Shown here: positions 8,873-18,197 of the stretch, piece after piece
Layout: every line of letters starts with the position of its first letter
Position numbering within the stretch: the stretch's first letter is position 1
Source of the DNA: a virus
Lineage: Duplodnaviria > Caudoviricetes
Direction: 5' to 3' (one strand)
IMG/VR virus record: IMGVR_UViG_3300011008_000999
DNA: 64,000 bases
The notes under the pieces: generated by a model
Databases searched by the model: none
What the model was told of the DNA's origin: nothing
What the model saw: the letters and a program-made list of their open reading frames with translations, nothing else
Made by a program: the position numbers and the translations under genes

Positions 8873-10117
8873 CTTTCCACCGCCAGTTTGATAAATATAT
8901 GCTGCATCAAATGGATATGATTCTCCTCCATTCCATTTATTATTCCTAGTATCGGTAAATAAGAATAAATGGTTATCAGAGTTAATCATAAAACAACGTA
9001 CTGGTTTATTCTTAACTACTTTTACATCTGAAATTAAGTAATCTGTAAGATTTCCAGGAATAATATCACCAGATTTAACCTCTGATGCAGTTATTGGGCA
9101 TATTTTATCTTTTCGTAAAATTGCTAATTTGTGTACATCATCTGCATATAAAACTATACTGTCATCATTATACTGACTCAGTGCATCTAATGTAAACTTA
9201 TACAGTTTATTAGATTCGTGAATTTCATATACTGCAAGTACTTTGACTGGTTTATTTCCATATCCAAATACTTCATCACCGACTTCAATAGTCTTTATAG
9301 TTTTATATCCTTTAGTAGTAGGTACTATTGTATTTAATCCTAAAGGTGATCCAACGCATAAGGCCTGAGGAGCAGATGGTGTATCAACTGTTTTAGCAAT
9401 TTTTCCATCATCATAGATATAATTAGATCTACCTTCATTCTTGATCGAGTTCAAATTCCAGGAAACTTCTCCAAGTCCTGAAAGACCAATAGGAATAAAT
9501 TCTGGTGGTCTTAACCAACTTCCTTTATATTTTGCAATATGAGGTGGAAGTGGTGTTCCTACGAAAGCACATTCTCTTGCAGCAAAGTCAAATTCATTAA
9601 CCCACTCATAATTAGGCAGATACTTATTAAGTGATAAACACAAGTTAACTGCAACTTGTTCCTTGAATGTGTTAGGATTGATTTTAATCGTAATTCTGTT
9701 TATCTTAGTACCTTCATATCCTAATTGGAAAGGTGGATTGTTAATATCCTTTAATTCAAATTCGCCAGTTTCTTTATTTTTAACCTTCGAATCGTTAGAA
9801 ATAACTGGCTCAAGAACTCCAAATACAGCTAATAATTCTTCTCTTTGTTTAGTGACTATTACTTTTTTAATGGTAGCGAGAATTACCATTGTAATCAATA
9901 AACCAAAAGCGTATAAGCCGAGCAATACCCAAAAGATCTTATGACCTTTGAGTGGTAAAATCTGGAATAGTACACCTAAACCAAGAAGACCAACAAGTAT
10001 AAGAGCATCTCTTTTTGAATAAGAATATCCGACGCTATTGCCATCGCCGATGTTCAATATTTTATTTGTTACAAACTGAGCTACGGCGACGACTAAGAAA
10101 AATACAAATATAAACAT
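8825..10117 (-). CDS. N-terminal half of a membrane-anchored FtsK/SpoIIIE (TcpA-like) ATPase, interrupted by an intein and ending in a split-intein N-fragment
   Basis: 3 TM segments; IPIGLSG..VSWNL...PQALCVGS[intein]TGGGK reconstructs Walker A GSTGGGK; ORF stops 15 aa later. Confidence 0.75.
   Translation of the reverse strand: MFIFVFFLVVAVAQFVTNKILNIGDGNSVGYSYSKRDALILVGLLGLGVLFQILPLKGHKIFWVLLGLYAFGLLITMVILATIKKVIVTKQREELLAVFGVLEPVISNDSKVKNKETGEFELKDINNPPFQLGYEGTKINRITIKINPNTFKEQVAVNLCLSLNKYLPNYEWVNEFDFAARECAFVGTPLPPHIAKYKGSWLRPPEFIPIGLSGLGEVSWNLNSIKNEGRSNYIYDDGKIAKTVDTPSAPQALCVGSPLGLNTIVPTTKGYKTIKTIEVGDEVFGYGNKPVKVLAVYEIHESNKLYKFTLDALSQYNDDSIVLYADDVHKLAILRKDKICPITASEVKSGDIIPGNLTDYLISDVKVVKNKPVRCFMINSDNHLFLFTDTRNNKWNGGESYPFDAAYIYQTGGGKAIYIDQSVEVQSDEM
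8888..9346 (-). other. mini-intein (153 aa, Pro1...Gln153, +1 Thr), class-3-like
   Basis: block A PLGLNTIVPTTKGYKTIKTIEVGDEVFG, block B ADDVH, block F PVRCFMINSDNHLFL; removal restores the Walker A motif. Confidence 0.8.
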
Positions 10118-10195
10118 CGTCTGCCTCCTTATACTATTATTTGAAGTTCAGTATATAAAGTTTTACGTTTATTCGATTTTTCATAAGTCTTACCT

Positions 10196-10705
10196 CTACA
10201 TATCTTCTGAATCTACTGAGAGAATTTTACCTGTTTTTGTATCGATAATTCGCTGGTTAGAAGATCCTCTAAAGGCAAGTGTAGTATCTTTGAGGTCTAC
10301 TCTAAATTCACCATCAACTACTACATCTACATACTTCATTACTTCTAAGTCTTTTGAGTCTCTATATAAGTTTCCAGTATAAAGCCAAATAGTCTTATTA
10401 GGAAATCTTTCCTTAAACTCCTTACATAATTCAGTTACTTCAGGTAAGTTTTTCTTGTACAATGGATCACCACCTGAAAGAGTTAATCCATCAATCTGAT
10501 CTGTTATACAGCTAAATAAATATTCTTTTACTTCTTTTGTGAATGGTTGTCCAGCATTAGGATTCCAAGATTCCTTGTTATGACATTCCTTGCAATGATG
10601 ATGGCAGCCTGCAACAAACAGAACAGTTCTCCAACCTTCACCATCAGCTAAGCTGGTACGATAAATAGTCATATAATTCATAATTTGCCTCCATTGATAG
10701 GTCAC
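10196..10705 (-). CDS. nrdG: anaerobic ribonucleotide reductase activating protein (likely start MNYM at about 10681)
   Basis: DGEGWRTVLFVAGC, radical-SAM CxxxCxxC (CHHHCKEC), GLTLSGGDPL, FRGSSNQR. Confidence 0.95.
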   Translation of the reverse strand: MTYQWRQIMNYMTIYRTSLADGEGWRTVLFVAGCHHHCKECHNKESWNPNAGQPFTKEVKEYLFSCITDQIDGLTLSGGDPLYKKNLPEVTELCKEFKERFPNKTIWLYTGNLYRDSKDLEVMKYVDVVVDGEFRVDLKDTTLAFRGSSNQRIIDTKTGKILSVDSEDM

Positions 10706-10743
10706 CTTTTACCTATCAATTTCTTTTCCGTGGTTTTATAAGG

Positions 10744-12489
10744 TTACTTTATTCGTCTAAGCATTTGCTTTGCAAATAATATTAGACTTAATATAAATGC
10801 TATGATCGATCCGACTATACTATAAATAGATATGCCAAATACAAGTGGTTCAATTCTAGCAGCACATAAGATAGCTGAACCTATAATAAAAGAACAAATA
10901 ACAAGTGCTAAAAACAGACCTGATAATGAGTGTTTGAACTCTTTCACTACAGTATCAGTATTATCAATATTCAAATTGATCTTAGCTTGTCCTCTTAAAA
11001 TAGCTCTTAACATATCATTTGTTAATGCCGGTAATTCGATTCCTTTTTGTAGAGATGTAACTGCATTCTGAACATTCTCGCCAATTATTTGTTTGATTTT
11101 ATCAGTTTCAAAAATATCTCTTAAAATGAAATCACGTAGAATTGTCATAAGATTAAGTTCATCAGTTAAACCTATAAGTACACCTTCAAGTGTTACTAAT
11201 CCTCTTGCTAATATGTTTATCGTTGATGAAAGCTGTAATCCATTAGCATTAACTGCTGATAGGATGTCACTTAACATAACACTTATATTTATCTCTTTTA
11301 AGTCGACTGAACTATACTTAGTTACAAGATAGTCTACGTCTGTATATAATTTTGCCTGATCTATTGGTTTATTTGTAGTAGTTAGACTCATTAGTGCAAA
11401 TATCAAAGCATGTGTATCTCTTTGAGTAATTGCAGTAATTGCCTTTTTTAAGGCCGCTTGTTCTGATCTAGGTACATGATGTACCATACCAAAATCAATC
11501 CAAACTATTTCAGGTATATCGTCATTCATTCTTATAAATATATTACCTTGATGTGGATCAGCGTGAAAAAATTCTTCGTTCAAAACCAGTGCAATAAAAT
11601 TCTGCGCAAGTCTATTACCGAGTTCTTTACAATCAATCTCAGGTTTATTAGGTGCTTCATCAATACCGAAACCATCTATAAACTCCATAGTAAGAACTTT
11701 TTATGTAGTGTACTCTTCATAAATCTTAGGACACGTAACATTTTTGTAGTGAGACATTGCATTTCTAAATTTTATTGTATTTGTGGCTTCAACGAAGAAG
11801 TTTAATTCTTGCTGTGTAATCTTCCATAAGTCATCTAATAACTTATATAGATCCACTCCACCAAGACCAGGAGCAAGTTTAAGTGGTCTTAAAACCATTC
11901 TAAATAACATAATATCCTGACGCATGATTATATCAATATCAGGTCTTTGGATTTTTACTACCACTTTTTGATTATTGCTTTTGAGAATTGCTTTATGAAC
12001 TTGACCAATACTAGCAGAACCTATAGGTTTTCTATTGAATGATGAAAACACTTCATCTACTGGTTTACCAAGTTCATGTTCAACAATAGAAGAAATAACT
12101 TCATACTCTAAAACGTTTGAATCAGAACAGAGTTTCTCTAATTCTTTACAATATGTTTTAGGCAGAAGTTCATTTCTTTTAGACATGATTTGACCTAATT
12201 TAACAAATGTAGGTCCTAAATCTTCTAATAACATTCTTAACTTTGTAGGTGTTAAACCGTCTTTAGTTAGTTTATGCTTTCTAATTACTTTTAGAATTTT
12301 CCAAGCTCTTTGACGTTTTTCCTTTAGTGTAGCGCCAGGAATATCTTCTTGAGTTTTAAAAATTCGGTTCACGATCTTATTGTTGTCATCCAGACCATAA
12401 ACCTTATACTCGTAAGTTTCTACGTCAATATCACTAAGTTTTATAGGAGTGGATGTAGACAATAATTCAGGATTATTTGACTTTTTCAT
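10744..12489 (-). pseudogene. UbiB/ABC1 (AarF) atypical kinase split by one in-frame TAA at 11701-11703
   Basis: LGPTFVKLGQ, SASIGQVH, VVVKIQRP, then YTT*KVLTMEF, FFHADPHQGN, IDFGM, two C-terminal TMs; both ORFs share one frame. Confidence 0.85.
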
Positions 12490-12536
12490 CTAAATCTCCT
12501 ATAAGTCTTATTGTTTAATTTCCACACGACTAAGTA

Positions 12537-12737
12537 TTAAGAAATAATCTCAAATACATTAAGTTCTGCTTCTCCGTACTCAGTCAATTTATCAATCGCC
12601 TTCTGAGCTGATTCTACTGAAACAAATTTCTTTGCTTCGCCTTCATTGAAAGTATTTACAAAATGTTTGTTTTTATAATCAATGTACTTTACAAATCCAT
12701 TCTCATGACTATAAGTATTTGTCCACTTAATTTTCAT
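12537..12737 (-). CDS. hypothetical protein
   Basis: ORF with AAAGGA SD. Confidence 0.65.
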   Translation of the reverse strand: MKIKWTNTYSHENGFVKYIDYKNKHFVNTFNEGEAKKFVSVESAQKAIDKLTEYGEAELNVFEIIS

Positions 12738-12764
12738 ACTTTGTAATTTCCTTTCTTTAGATTT

Positions 12765-13067
12765 TTACTCTCTAGCATCTTCATACATAGTTGTAATACG
12801 AGCTTCTAATTCACTATCATTTTCATTAATATCAACATCAAGTATTACATCTCTTGGATTATCTCCAAATTTCTGCTTATTACATTCGCCACACATTTTA
12901 GAGACAAAAATCTCACGATATGTAGAAGGGAAAAATTGCGGATTAAAAATCTCCTGAATAGGTCTGCTTCTACGCATAGATTCCTCTAATTTTGATCTAG
13001 TAACAAATGTAGCTCTTTCTTTATAACAAAATGCGCAAGTAAATTCGTGTCTTTCTAAACGTTCCAT
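12765..13067 (-). CDS. hypothetical protein with two CxxC pairs
   Basis: CAFC...CGEC, GGAGG SD. Confidence 0.7.
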   Translation of the reverse strand: MERLERHEFTCAFCYKERATFVTRSKLEESMRRSRPIQEIFNPQFFPSTYREIFVSKMCGECNKQKFGDNPRDVILDVDINENDSELEARITTMYEDARE

Positions 13068-13268
13068 GATTATTTCCTCCTATAGTCTTAAATTGACTAT
13101 CTAGTTACTTAATTTCTTTAATATATAAACTATAAACTGCATAAAAAGATGTTCCCAGATGTCATTCTAGGAACCTCTAGAGACAATAAAATGAGTGCAA
13201 TAGTTATTACCTCCATTGCACTCATCCATACTTTAATTATATAATTAAATAGCTCTTATTTAAGCTTT

Positions 13269-14567
13269 TTAATCAGCAAGCTCAACAAGATATCTGCAAG
13301 CTACCTGAGCTTTATCATATACGATAACTTCATCTCTTCGAATATATGAAGCAGAATTCGCATGAGCATGTACTGACTGATAACCCATCTTTCTGAATTT
13401 CTCAAACTTCTTACCATCAAGATCACAAACACGGATTTCTCCATTAATTCGATCATAGTTATTAGTGCAATCGAATGAATTGCCTTTAATAACTGCATTT
13501 ACAAACATCCATCTGGATCTACGATCTGAATCTCTTCTTGTATAGTTCCATGATTTATTAGGACTCGGTGCGCTATAGATACCATCACCGAATGCAGATC
13601 CACAATAAGCAGCGTTTGCAGGTCGAATGATAAGACCATTTGCCATGATCGAAAGAACGTTCTCAGCACCAGTACCATGCCAGTACAACTTAATGTTTGT
13701 ATCACAATCTTCAAGACCATTGGTCTTAAGATACTCAGCAAACTCAGTATCTCTTACCGGATTTGCCACTTTATACACATTCTTAACTCTGAAAGATCCA
13801 GAATCAGATTCTTTCTTGAGTTTATCTTCGATCATCTTAACTTCCTTAGCAGTTGCAGTAGTAAAACCAAAACCAAATGCCTGCGAAATAGTATTTACAC
13901 CGTCTGCATTATTAGTTGCTTTACTCTGAAGGACAATGTTATCCAACAGTGACTGCTCATTACTAATATACTTATCGAGGTCTTCTGCTTTAGGAAGCTG
14001 TGTAGGATTATAGACTGCATCTCGTACATTCTTGATCTTTCTAGGAATGATCGTCCAAATCTTCAACAGCGCCTTATTAAACTGATCAGCACAGTCCTTA
14101 ATGAAGCTTGCCTTTGTCTGAGAATTATCTGTAACTCCCTTTTTCTTACACCAGTCTTTATAGCTATCAGGTGTAGCGAAGTCATTCTTAATAGTAGTAA
14201 GTGTATTGATAAGGTCCTGAACTTCTGCAATAGTAGCAGCATTCAACGTACCAATGTCAGTCTGATTAGAGACGTACTGTCTCGAAATGGCAAGTAGATG
14301 ATTGAGCAACTTCTCAATTTCCGGATCATTCTCAGGTTTGTAACCTTTCGTAACTGTCGTCGTCTTAGAAATGTCCTGATAACCTTTCTTCACCTTTGAA
14401 TTGTACTTAGATGACCAATCCTTAATAGGATAAGTAGTCTTAGTTCCATCAGTACCAACTCTTCCCCATGTTACAGTAAATGTTCCATCATTATTATCAT
14501 GCATGTGATAGAACTTGTTATGATTATCAGCGGTTACCATAATGAGCTTTACATCTGCGTTTGCCAT
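13269..14567 (-). CDS. WGR-domain PARP-like ADP-ribosyltransferase
   Basis: NKFY...VTWGRVG (WGR domain), helical region, YWHGT...FGDGIYSA...DEVIVY (H-Y-E triad). Confidence 0.9.
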   Translation of the reverse strand: MANADVKLIMVTADNHNKFYHMHDNNDGTFTVTWGRVGTDGTKTTYPIKDWSSKYNSKVKKGYQDISKTTTVTKGYKPENDPEIEKLLNHLLAISRQYVSNQTDIGTLNAATIAEVQDLINTLTTIKNDFATPDSYKDWCKKKGVTDNSQTKASFIKDCADQFNKALLKIWTIIPRKIKNVRDAVYNPTQLPKAEDLDKYISNEQSLLDNIVLQSKATNNADGVNTISQAFGFGFTTATAKEVKMIEDKLKKESDSGSFRVKNVYKVANPVRDTEFAEYLKTNGLEDCDTNIKLYWHGTGAENVLSIMANGLIIRPANAAYCGSAFGDGIYSAPSPNKSWNYTRRDSDRRSRWMFVNAVIKGNSFDCTNNYDRINGEIRVCDLDGKKFEKFRKMGYQSVHAHANSASYIRRDEVIVYDKAQVACRYLVELAD

Positions 14568-14639
14568 GCTTTTTACCTCTTTTCTTATATCTTACGTTGT
14601 GTGTTGTTGGTATAACCAACCTTATTAGATCTTAAATTT

Positions 14640-14679
14640 ATTATATCAAGAAATAGTATAATAGTATAAATGTAAATAG
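14640..14679 (-). promoter_or_regulatory. sigma-A-type promoter of the PARP gene, spacer lengthened by an 8-bp tandem duplication
   Basis: TTTACA-25 nt-TATAAT; ATAGTATA repeated at 14653-14660 and 14661-14668. Confidence 0.6.
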
Positions 14680-14701
14680 TTTAGTTAAAATATTTTTAGC
14701 T

Positions 14702-14905
14702 TTATACTTCAGGAATTTTTACTCCAAGTTCCTTAGCAATAACTGCAAATGCAAAAGCTACTTCTCTGCGCTGTGATTCTGGAAATTTCTCTGCAATATT
14801 TGCAGTATCACTATCGCTGTCCAACGTATCATTGACAGTTTTAACTAACTGCTCAATAGGGTACATTTTTTCTTTAATATAATAAGCTGAAATATGTTTA
14901 TCCAT
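14702..14905 (-). CDS. hypothetical protein
   Basis: ORF with AAGGAG SD. Confidence 0.65.
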   Translation of the reverse strand: MDKHISAYYIKEKMYPIEQLVKTVNDTLDSDSDTANIAEKFPESQRREVAFAFAVIAKELGVKIPEV

Positions 14906-14923
14906 ATAATGATCTCCTTTCTT

Positions 14924-15292
14924 TTATATATGTATTCCTGAGAACTTGCCTAATGATCTAAAATATTCAGCAACTTTCTTATAATGTTTAGGATAGTATT
15001 CAGAACTTACACTATGAATATAAGTTGATTTATCATCGATTGATATCGATACTTCAGGTCCATCACACAATCCAGGCTGATCATAATAATCTTTCCATTT
15101 ACTAACTATTTTTGCAATTTTATTTATTTTTGACCTATCAAATTTTGTTATTTCTCTTGATACAGAATTAATAGTTTCGTCATTAAATTTATATTCTTTA
15201 ACATCAATACGGTTGTCTGCACAATCAATTGTAACCTCAGTTGTATTAGATCCATATCCACCATTAGAAAATGTAAGTTTAGTAAATTCCAT
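14924..15292 (-). CDS. hypothetical protein
   Basis: ORF with AAGGAG SD. Confidence 0.7.
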   Translation of the reverse strand: MEFTKLTFSNGGYGSNTTEVTIDCADNRIDVKEYKFNDETINSVSREITKFDRSKINKIAKIVSKWKDYYDQPGLCDGPEVSISIDDKSTYIHSVSSEYYPKHYKKVAEYFRSLGKFSGIHI

Positions 15293-15306
15293 ACATAATA
15301 CTCCTT

Positions 15307-15579
15307 TTAATCATCTAAATCCTGGAAGATTTTAATTTCACTAGAATCACCTAGTTCTTCTACTAAATCTGGAAGATGATCATCACAGTATGCATCATGT
15401 TCTTTTACTTTTTCTCCATGTTGTTTATAATATACTTCAAATACGTGTGCATTATACTTATCAGTTCTATGACCGATAATATTACAGCATTCTTCTGGAT
15501 CTCTTCCAATATAACGTCCCAATATTACTGCTCCATCAAGACGTCTATATCTATACCAATGATTAAGTTCAAATCTCAT
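15307..15579 (-). CDS. hypothetical protein
   Basis: ORF with GAGG SD. Confidence 0.65.
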   Translation of the reverse strand: MRFELNHWYRYRRLDGAVILGRYIGRDPEECCNIIGHRTDKYNAHVFEVYYKQHGEKVKEHDAYCDDHLPDLVEELGDSSEIKIFQDLDD

Positions 15580-15581
15580 AA

Positions 15582-15938
15582 CTACACCTCTTCAAAATAA
15601 TATGAATTAGGTAATTGACCACCTACTTCTAGAAAGTCACTATACTTTTTATCTATAATAATATCTTGGCCAAACTTTGACATTTGATTTACACAATGTT
15701 GATGATAACTAGGACTATTATCACCATAACATTCAGGTTCAAGATCAAACGTTAATATAAATTCATGCTTAACTTCATCAGTATATTCTTCTTCATGGTA
15801 TCTAGTATCGATATTAGTAATTATTACTAAATAATCTCTTTTTAACCATTCATGTGAATTAAACTTTATTCGACCTTCTATAGTTCGCATTTGATCATGT
15901 GTCATTTTATCTGGATAATTAAGTACAAACTTAAACAT
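15582..15938 (-). CDS. hypothetical protein
   Basis: ORF with GGAGG SD. Confidence 0.7.
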   Translation of the reverse strand: MFKFVLNYPDKMTHDQMRTIEGRIKFNSHEWLKRDYLVIITNIDTRYHEEEYTDEVKHEFILTFDLEPECYGDNSPSYHQHCVNQMSKFGQDIIIDKKYSDFLEVGGQLPNSYYFEEV

Positions 15939-15939
15939 A

Positions 15940-16260
15940 TTAAACCTCCTTCAAATATCCAATAGACTGTGCAAAATTTATGAATAACTCATTAAGTCTA
16001 TCAATATTTTTATCAATAAAATTCTGCTGTTCTTCAGTACGTTCTCTTTCAATAAATCCCCAAACCGGTTCAGTAAATACAAACCTAGTTTGTTTAGAAC
16101 GTTTAGGTTTATAATCCATAACTGCAATAGCAAATCTATCTTCTGAATTGATTTCATCAGTTAATATCCACACATACGTACAATAATGGTCTCTAGATAA
16201 TTTGCTGATATATGCAGGAAGTTGTATATGTTCACTTGACATTCCAGTAAATTTAATCAT
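15940..16260 (-). CDS. hypothetical protein
   Basis: ORF with GAGGAG SD. Confidence 0.7.
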   Translation of the reverse strand: MIKFTGMSSEHIQLPAYISKLSRDHYCTYVWILTDEINSEDRFAIAVMDYKPKRSKQTRFVFTEPVWGFIERERTEEQQNFIDKNIDRLNELFINFAQSIGYLKEV

Positions 16261-16263
16261 ATA

Positions 16264-16491
16264 TTACTCCTCAATAAGAATATCTAAATGGTTATCAACT
16301 ACATTAACATTAATTACATTAAAACTCTTAAAATTATTATCTGGCCACTGTTCATTTAAGTAATTAGAATAACCATAAAGCTTTCCACTATATAATAGCT
16401 GTCCACCTACACCAATTCGACTATTATTATATAACTTTATAACAACTAGTGTGTCATTGCAAAATACTTTAGTTAATTCTCCAAGTGTCAT
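16264..16491 (-). CDS. hypothetical protein
   Basis: ORF with GGAGG SD. Confidence 0.65.
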   Translation of the reverse strand: MTLGELTKVFCNDTLVVIKLYNNSRIGVGGQLLYSGKLYGYSNYLNEQWPDNNFKSFNVINVNVVDNHLDILIEE

Positions 16492-16506
16492 ATCTATACC
16501 TCCTTA

Positions 16507-16548
16507 AAAAACAAATGCCAACACTCAATTAAGAGCATTGGCATTTTT
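16507..16548. terminator. intrinsic terminator, possibly bidirectional
   Basis: AAATGCCAA...TTGGCATTT stem with A and T tracts on either side. Confidence 0.7.
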
Positions 16549-16555
16549 CTCATTC

Positions 16556-17110
16556 TTACATAATCTCTTCAGGTGTTCCGATAGGTCTTACATATTTACC
16601 ACCAGCAGAGCCAGATTCAATCTTATAATCGTCAATCCAGTACTTAATATTGTTTCTCTTTGCATTAAGTCTGCTTGCTTTATCAAATGTACTACGAAGG
16701 ATTCCATCCTTAGGTGTCTGAATATATGCGTGAATAGATTTATCATCACTGGCTTTATCACGATCCATATAGATAGTGTGATAAGACTCATATTCCTGAA
16801 CATTCTCAAGGAATCCATCAATTGTATCGTCAATAGTTTCGTTTTTCTTAAGTTTAAAAGTCTTAAGAACACTTCTATGTCTGAAACTATAATCATCAGT
16901 AATATTAAGACTATCAGTTACACCTGCAAGTGCGATCTGTACAGTTTCGATCATCTCAAGCATCTGAGAGTTCTTCATATATTTTCCAGCATCTAAATCT
17001 TCCATACATACATCAGGAAGATCAAGCACTTTACTAGAACTACTATCCTCAATTTCCCATCCACTAAGCGAAGTCTGTGATCTCTGAACCTTAAAAATTC
17101 TCTGTACCAT
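16556..17110 (-). CDS. hypothetical protein (own promoter and terminator)
   Basis: ORF with AAGGAG SD. Confidence 0.75.
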   Translation of the reverse strand: MVQRIFKVQRSQTSLSGWEIEDSSSSKVLDLPDVCMEDLDAGKYMKNSQMLEMIETVQIALAGVTDSLNITDDYSFRHRSVLKTFKLKKNETIDDTIDGFLENVQEYESYHTIYMDRDKASDDKSIHAYIQTPKDGILRSTFDKASRLNAKRNNIKYWIDDYKIESGSAGGKYVRPIGTPEEIM

Positions 17111-17179
17111 AATAATTTGTCTCCTTTTAATAAATTCTATTTTTCGATCTTTATAAAAGTAAGTTCATTACTATATAAA

Positions 17180-17236
17180 TAAATAGCTCTTTAACTATAA
17201 TCTTATTATAACACAGTTGTTATAAAAAGTAAATAG
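17180..17236 (-). promoter_or_regulatory. sigma-A-type promoter followed by a GAGCTATTTA box
   Basis: TTTACT (17228-33)-17 nt-TATAAT (17205-10); GAGCTATTTA at 17180-89. Confidence 0.7.
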
Positions 17237-17245
17237 TATTACAAT

Positions 17246-17286
17246 AAAAAGATATAGCCTTTAATTAAAAAAGACTATATCTTTTT
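17246..17286. terminator. intrinsic terminator after the nrdD/endonuclease unit
   Basis: AAAAGATATAG...CTATATCTTTT. Confidence 0.7.
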
Positions 17287-17294
17287 GTTATTTT

Positions 17295-18197
17295 TTAGCA
17301 AGTAGTACAAGCTGCACGAATATCTTCTACTGCTCCATGATGTTTTACACGATGCTGAACTTCATCAATCTTTCCATCATTAAATGCTGTGAGAAAATCC
17401 TCTATCATACTAGATTGATTCCATAATACAATATAGTTTAGTTGTTTACTATATTCTTTTTTACGTATATCTAGACTTGTCCATACATTTATAGCAATTT
17501 TGTAGTACTTACTATTTTTACTTTTCCACATATTTAATTTTTCTATATCTTGTTCATTAGTTTCATCAAAATAATGATTATTATGCGTCCAATGGAAATT
17601 ACATTCTATAAATAAATCTAATGACTTAATATAAAAATCACAATTAAATGGATAACGTTCATCAGAATATTGTCTTACTATATCAGTTTCTTCAAATATG
17701 GTTAACAAATACTCATAAAATTTATCTTCAGCTTTAGATGAACAAAATGTATTATTTTTACGTTTTGTGTCATTTTGACGTTGAATCATTTCTTTCGAAT
17801 GAACTTTTTCAATAACATTAGGTTGGTTAAATGGATTTTTTACACCATATTTTAATAAACATGTTTGTTCAACTTTTTGTTTATACTTAGTTGTTTTATG
17901 TCCTTTACTAATATTATTACACCAGTCTTCAGTAAAGACTCTACCTTTTAAAGCTTTAGATAGATTTTGTTTATGCTCTTCAGAATCAGGTAATTTTCCA
18001 TATCTAAAACCATCAGGTAATGGTTCAGAAGCTTTTATACACTTCTGAACCATACCATTAGTTATCCATTTAGTTCCTTTAGTAAAAGAACCATAGTTTG
18101 TTCTACCTCTAATAAAACCTTCTGGAATAGTATCAGTATCATAAAATTTTTTATCTATAATACCATTTGTATACCAATGTTTTATCATTATGAACAT
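17295..18197 (-). CDS. homing endonuclease (NUMOD3-like and Vsr-like domains) fused to a duplicate NrdD C-terminal tail; likely start 18188
   Basis: W-x-TNG repeats, SEEHKQNLSKALKG, RYPFNCDFYIKSLDLFIECN; ends AFNDGKIDEVQHRVKHHG...CTTC. Confidence 0.8.
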   Translation of the reverse strand: MFIMIKHWYTNGIIDKKFYDTDTIPEGFIRGRTNYGSFTKGTKWITNGMVQKCIKASEPLPDGFRYGKLPDSEEHKQNLSKALKGRVFTEDWCNNISKGHKTTKYKQKVEQTCLLKYGVKNPFNQPNVIEKVHSKEMIQRQNDTKRKNNTFCSSKAEDKFYEYLLTIFEETDIVRQYSDERYPFNCDFYIKSLDLFIECNFHWTHNNHYFDETNEQDIEKLNMWKSKNSKYYKIAINVWTSLDIRKKEYSKQLNYIVLWNQSSMIEDFLTAFNDGKIDEVQHRVKHHGAVEDIRAACTTC

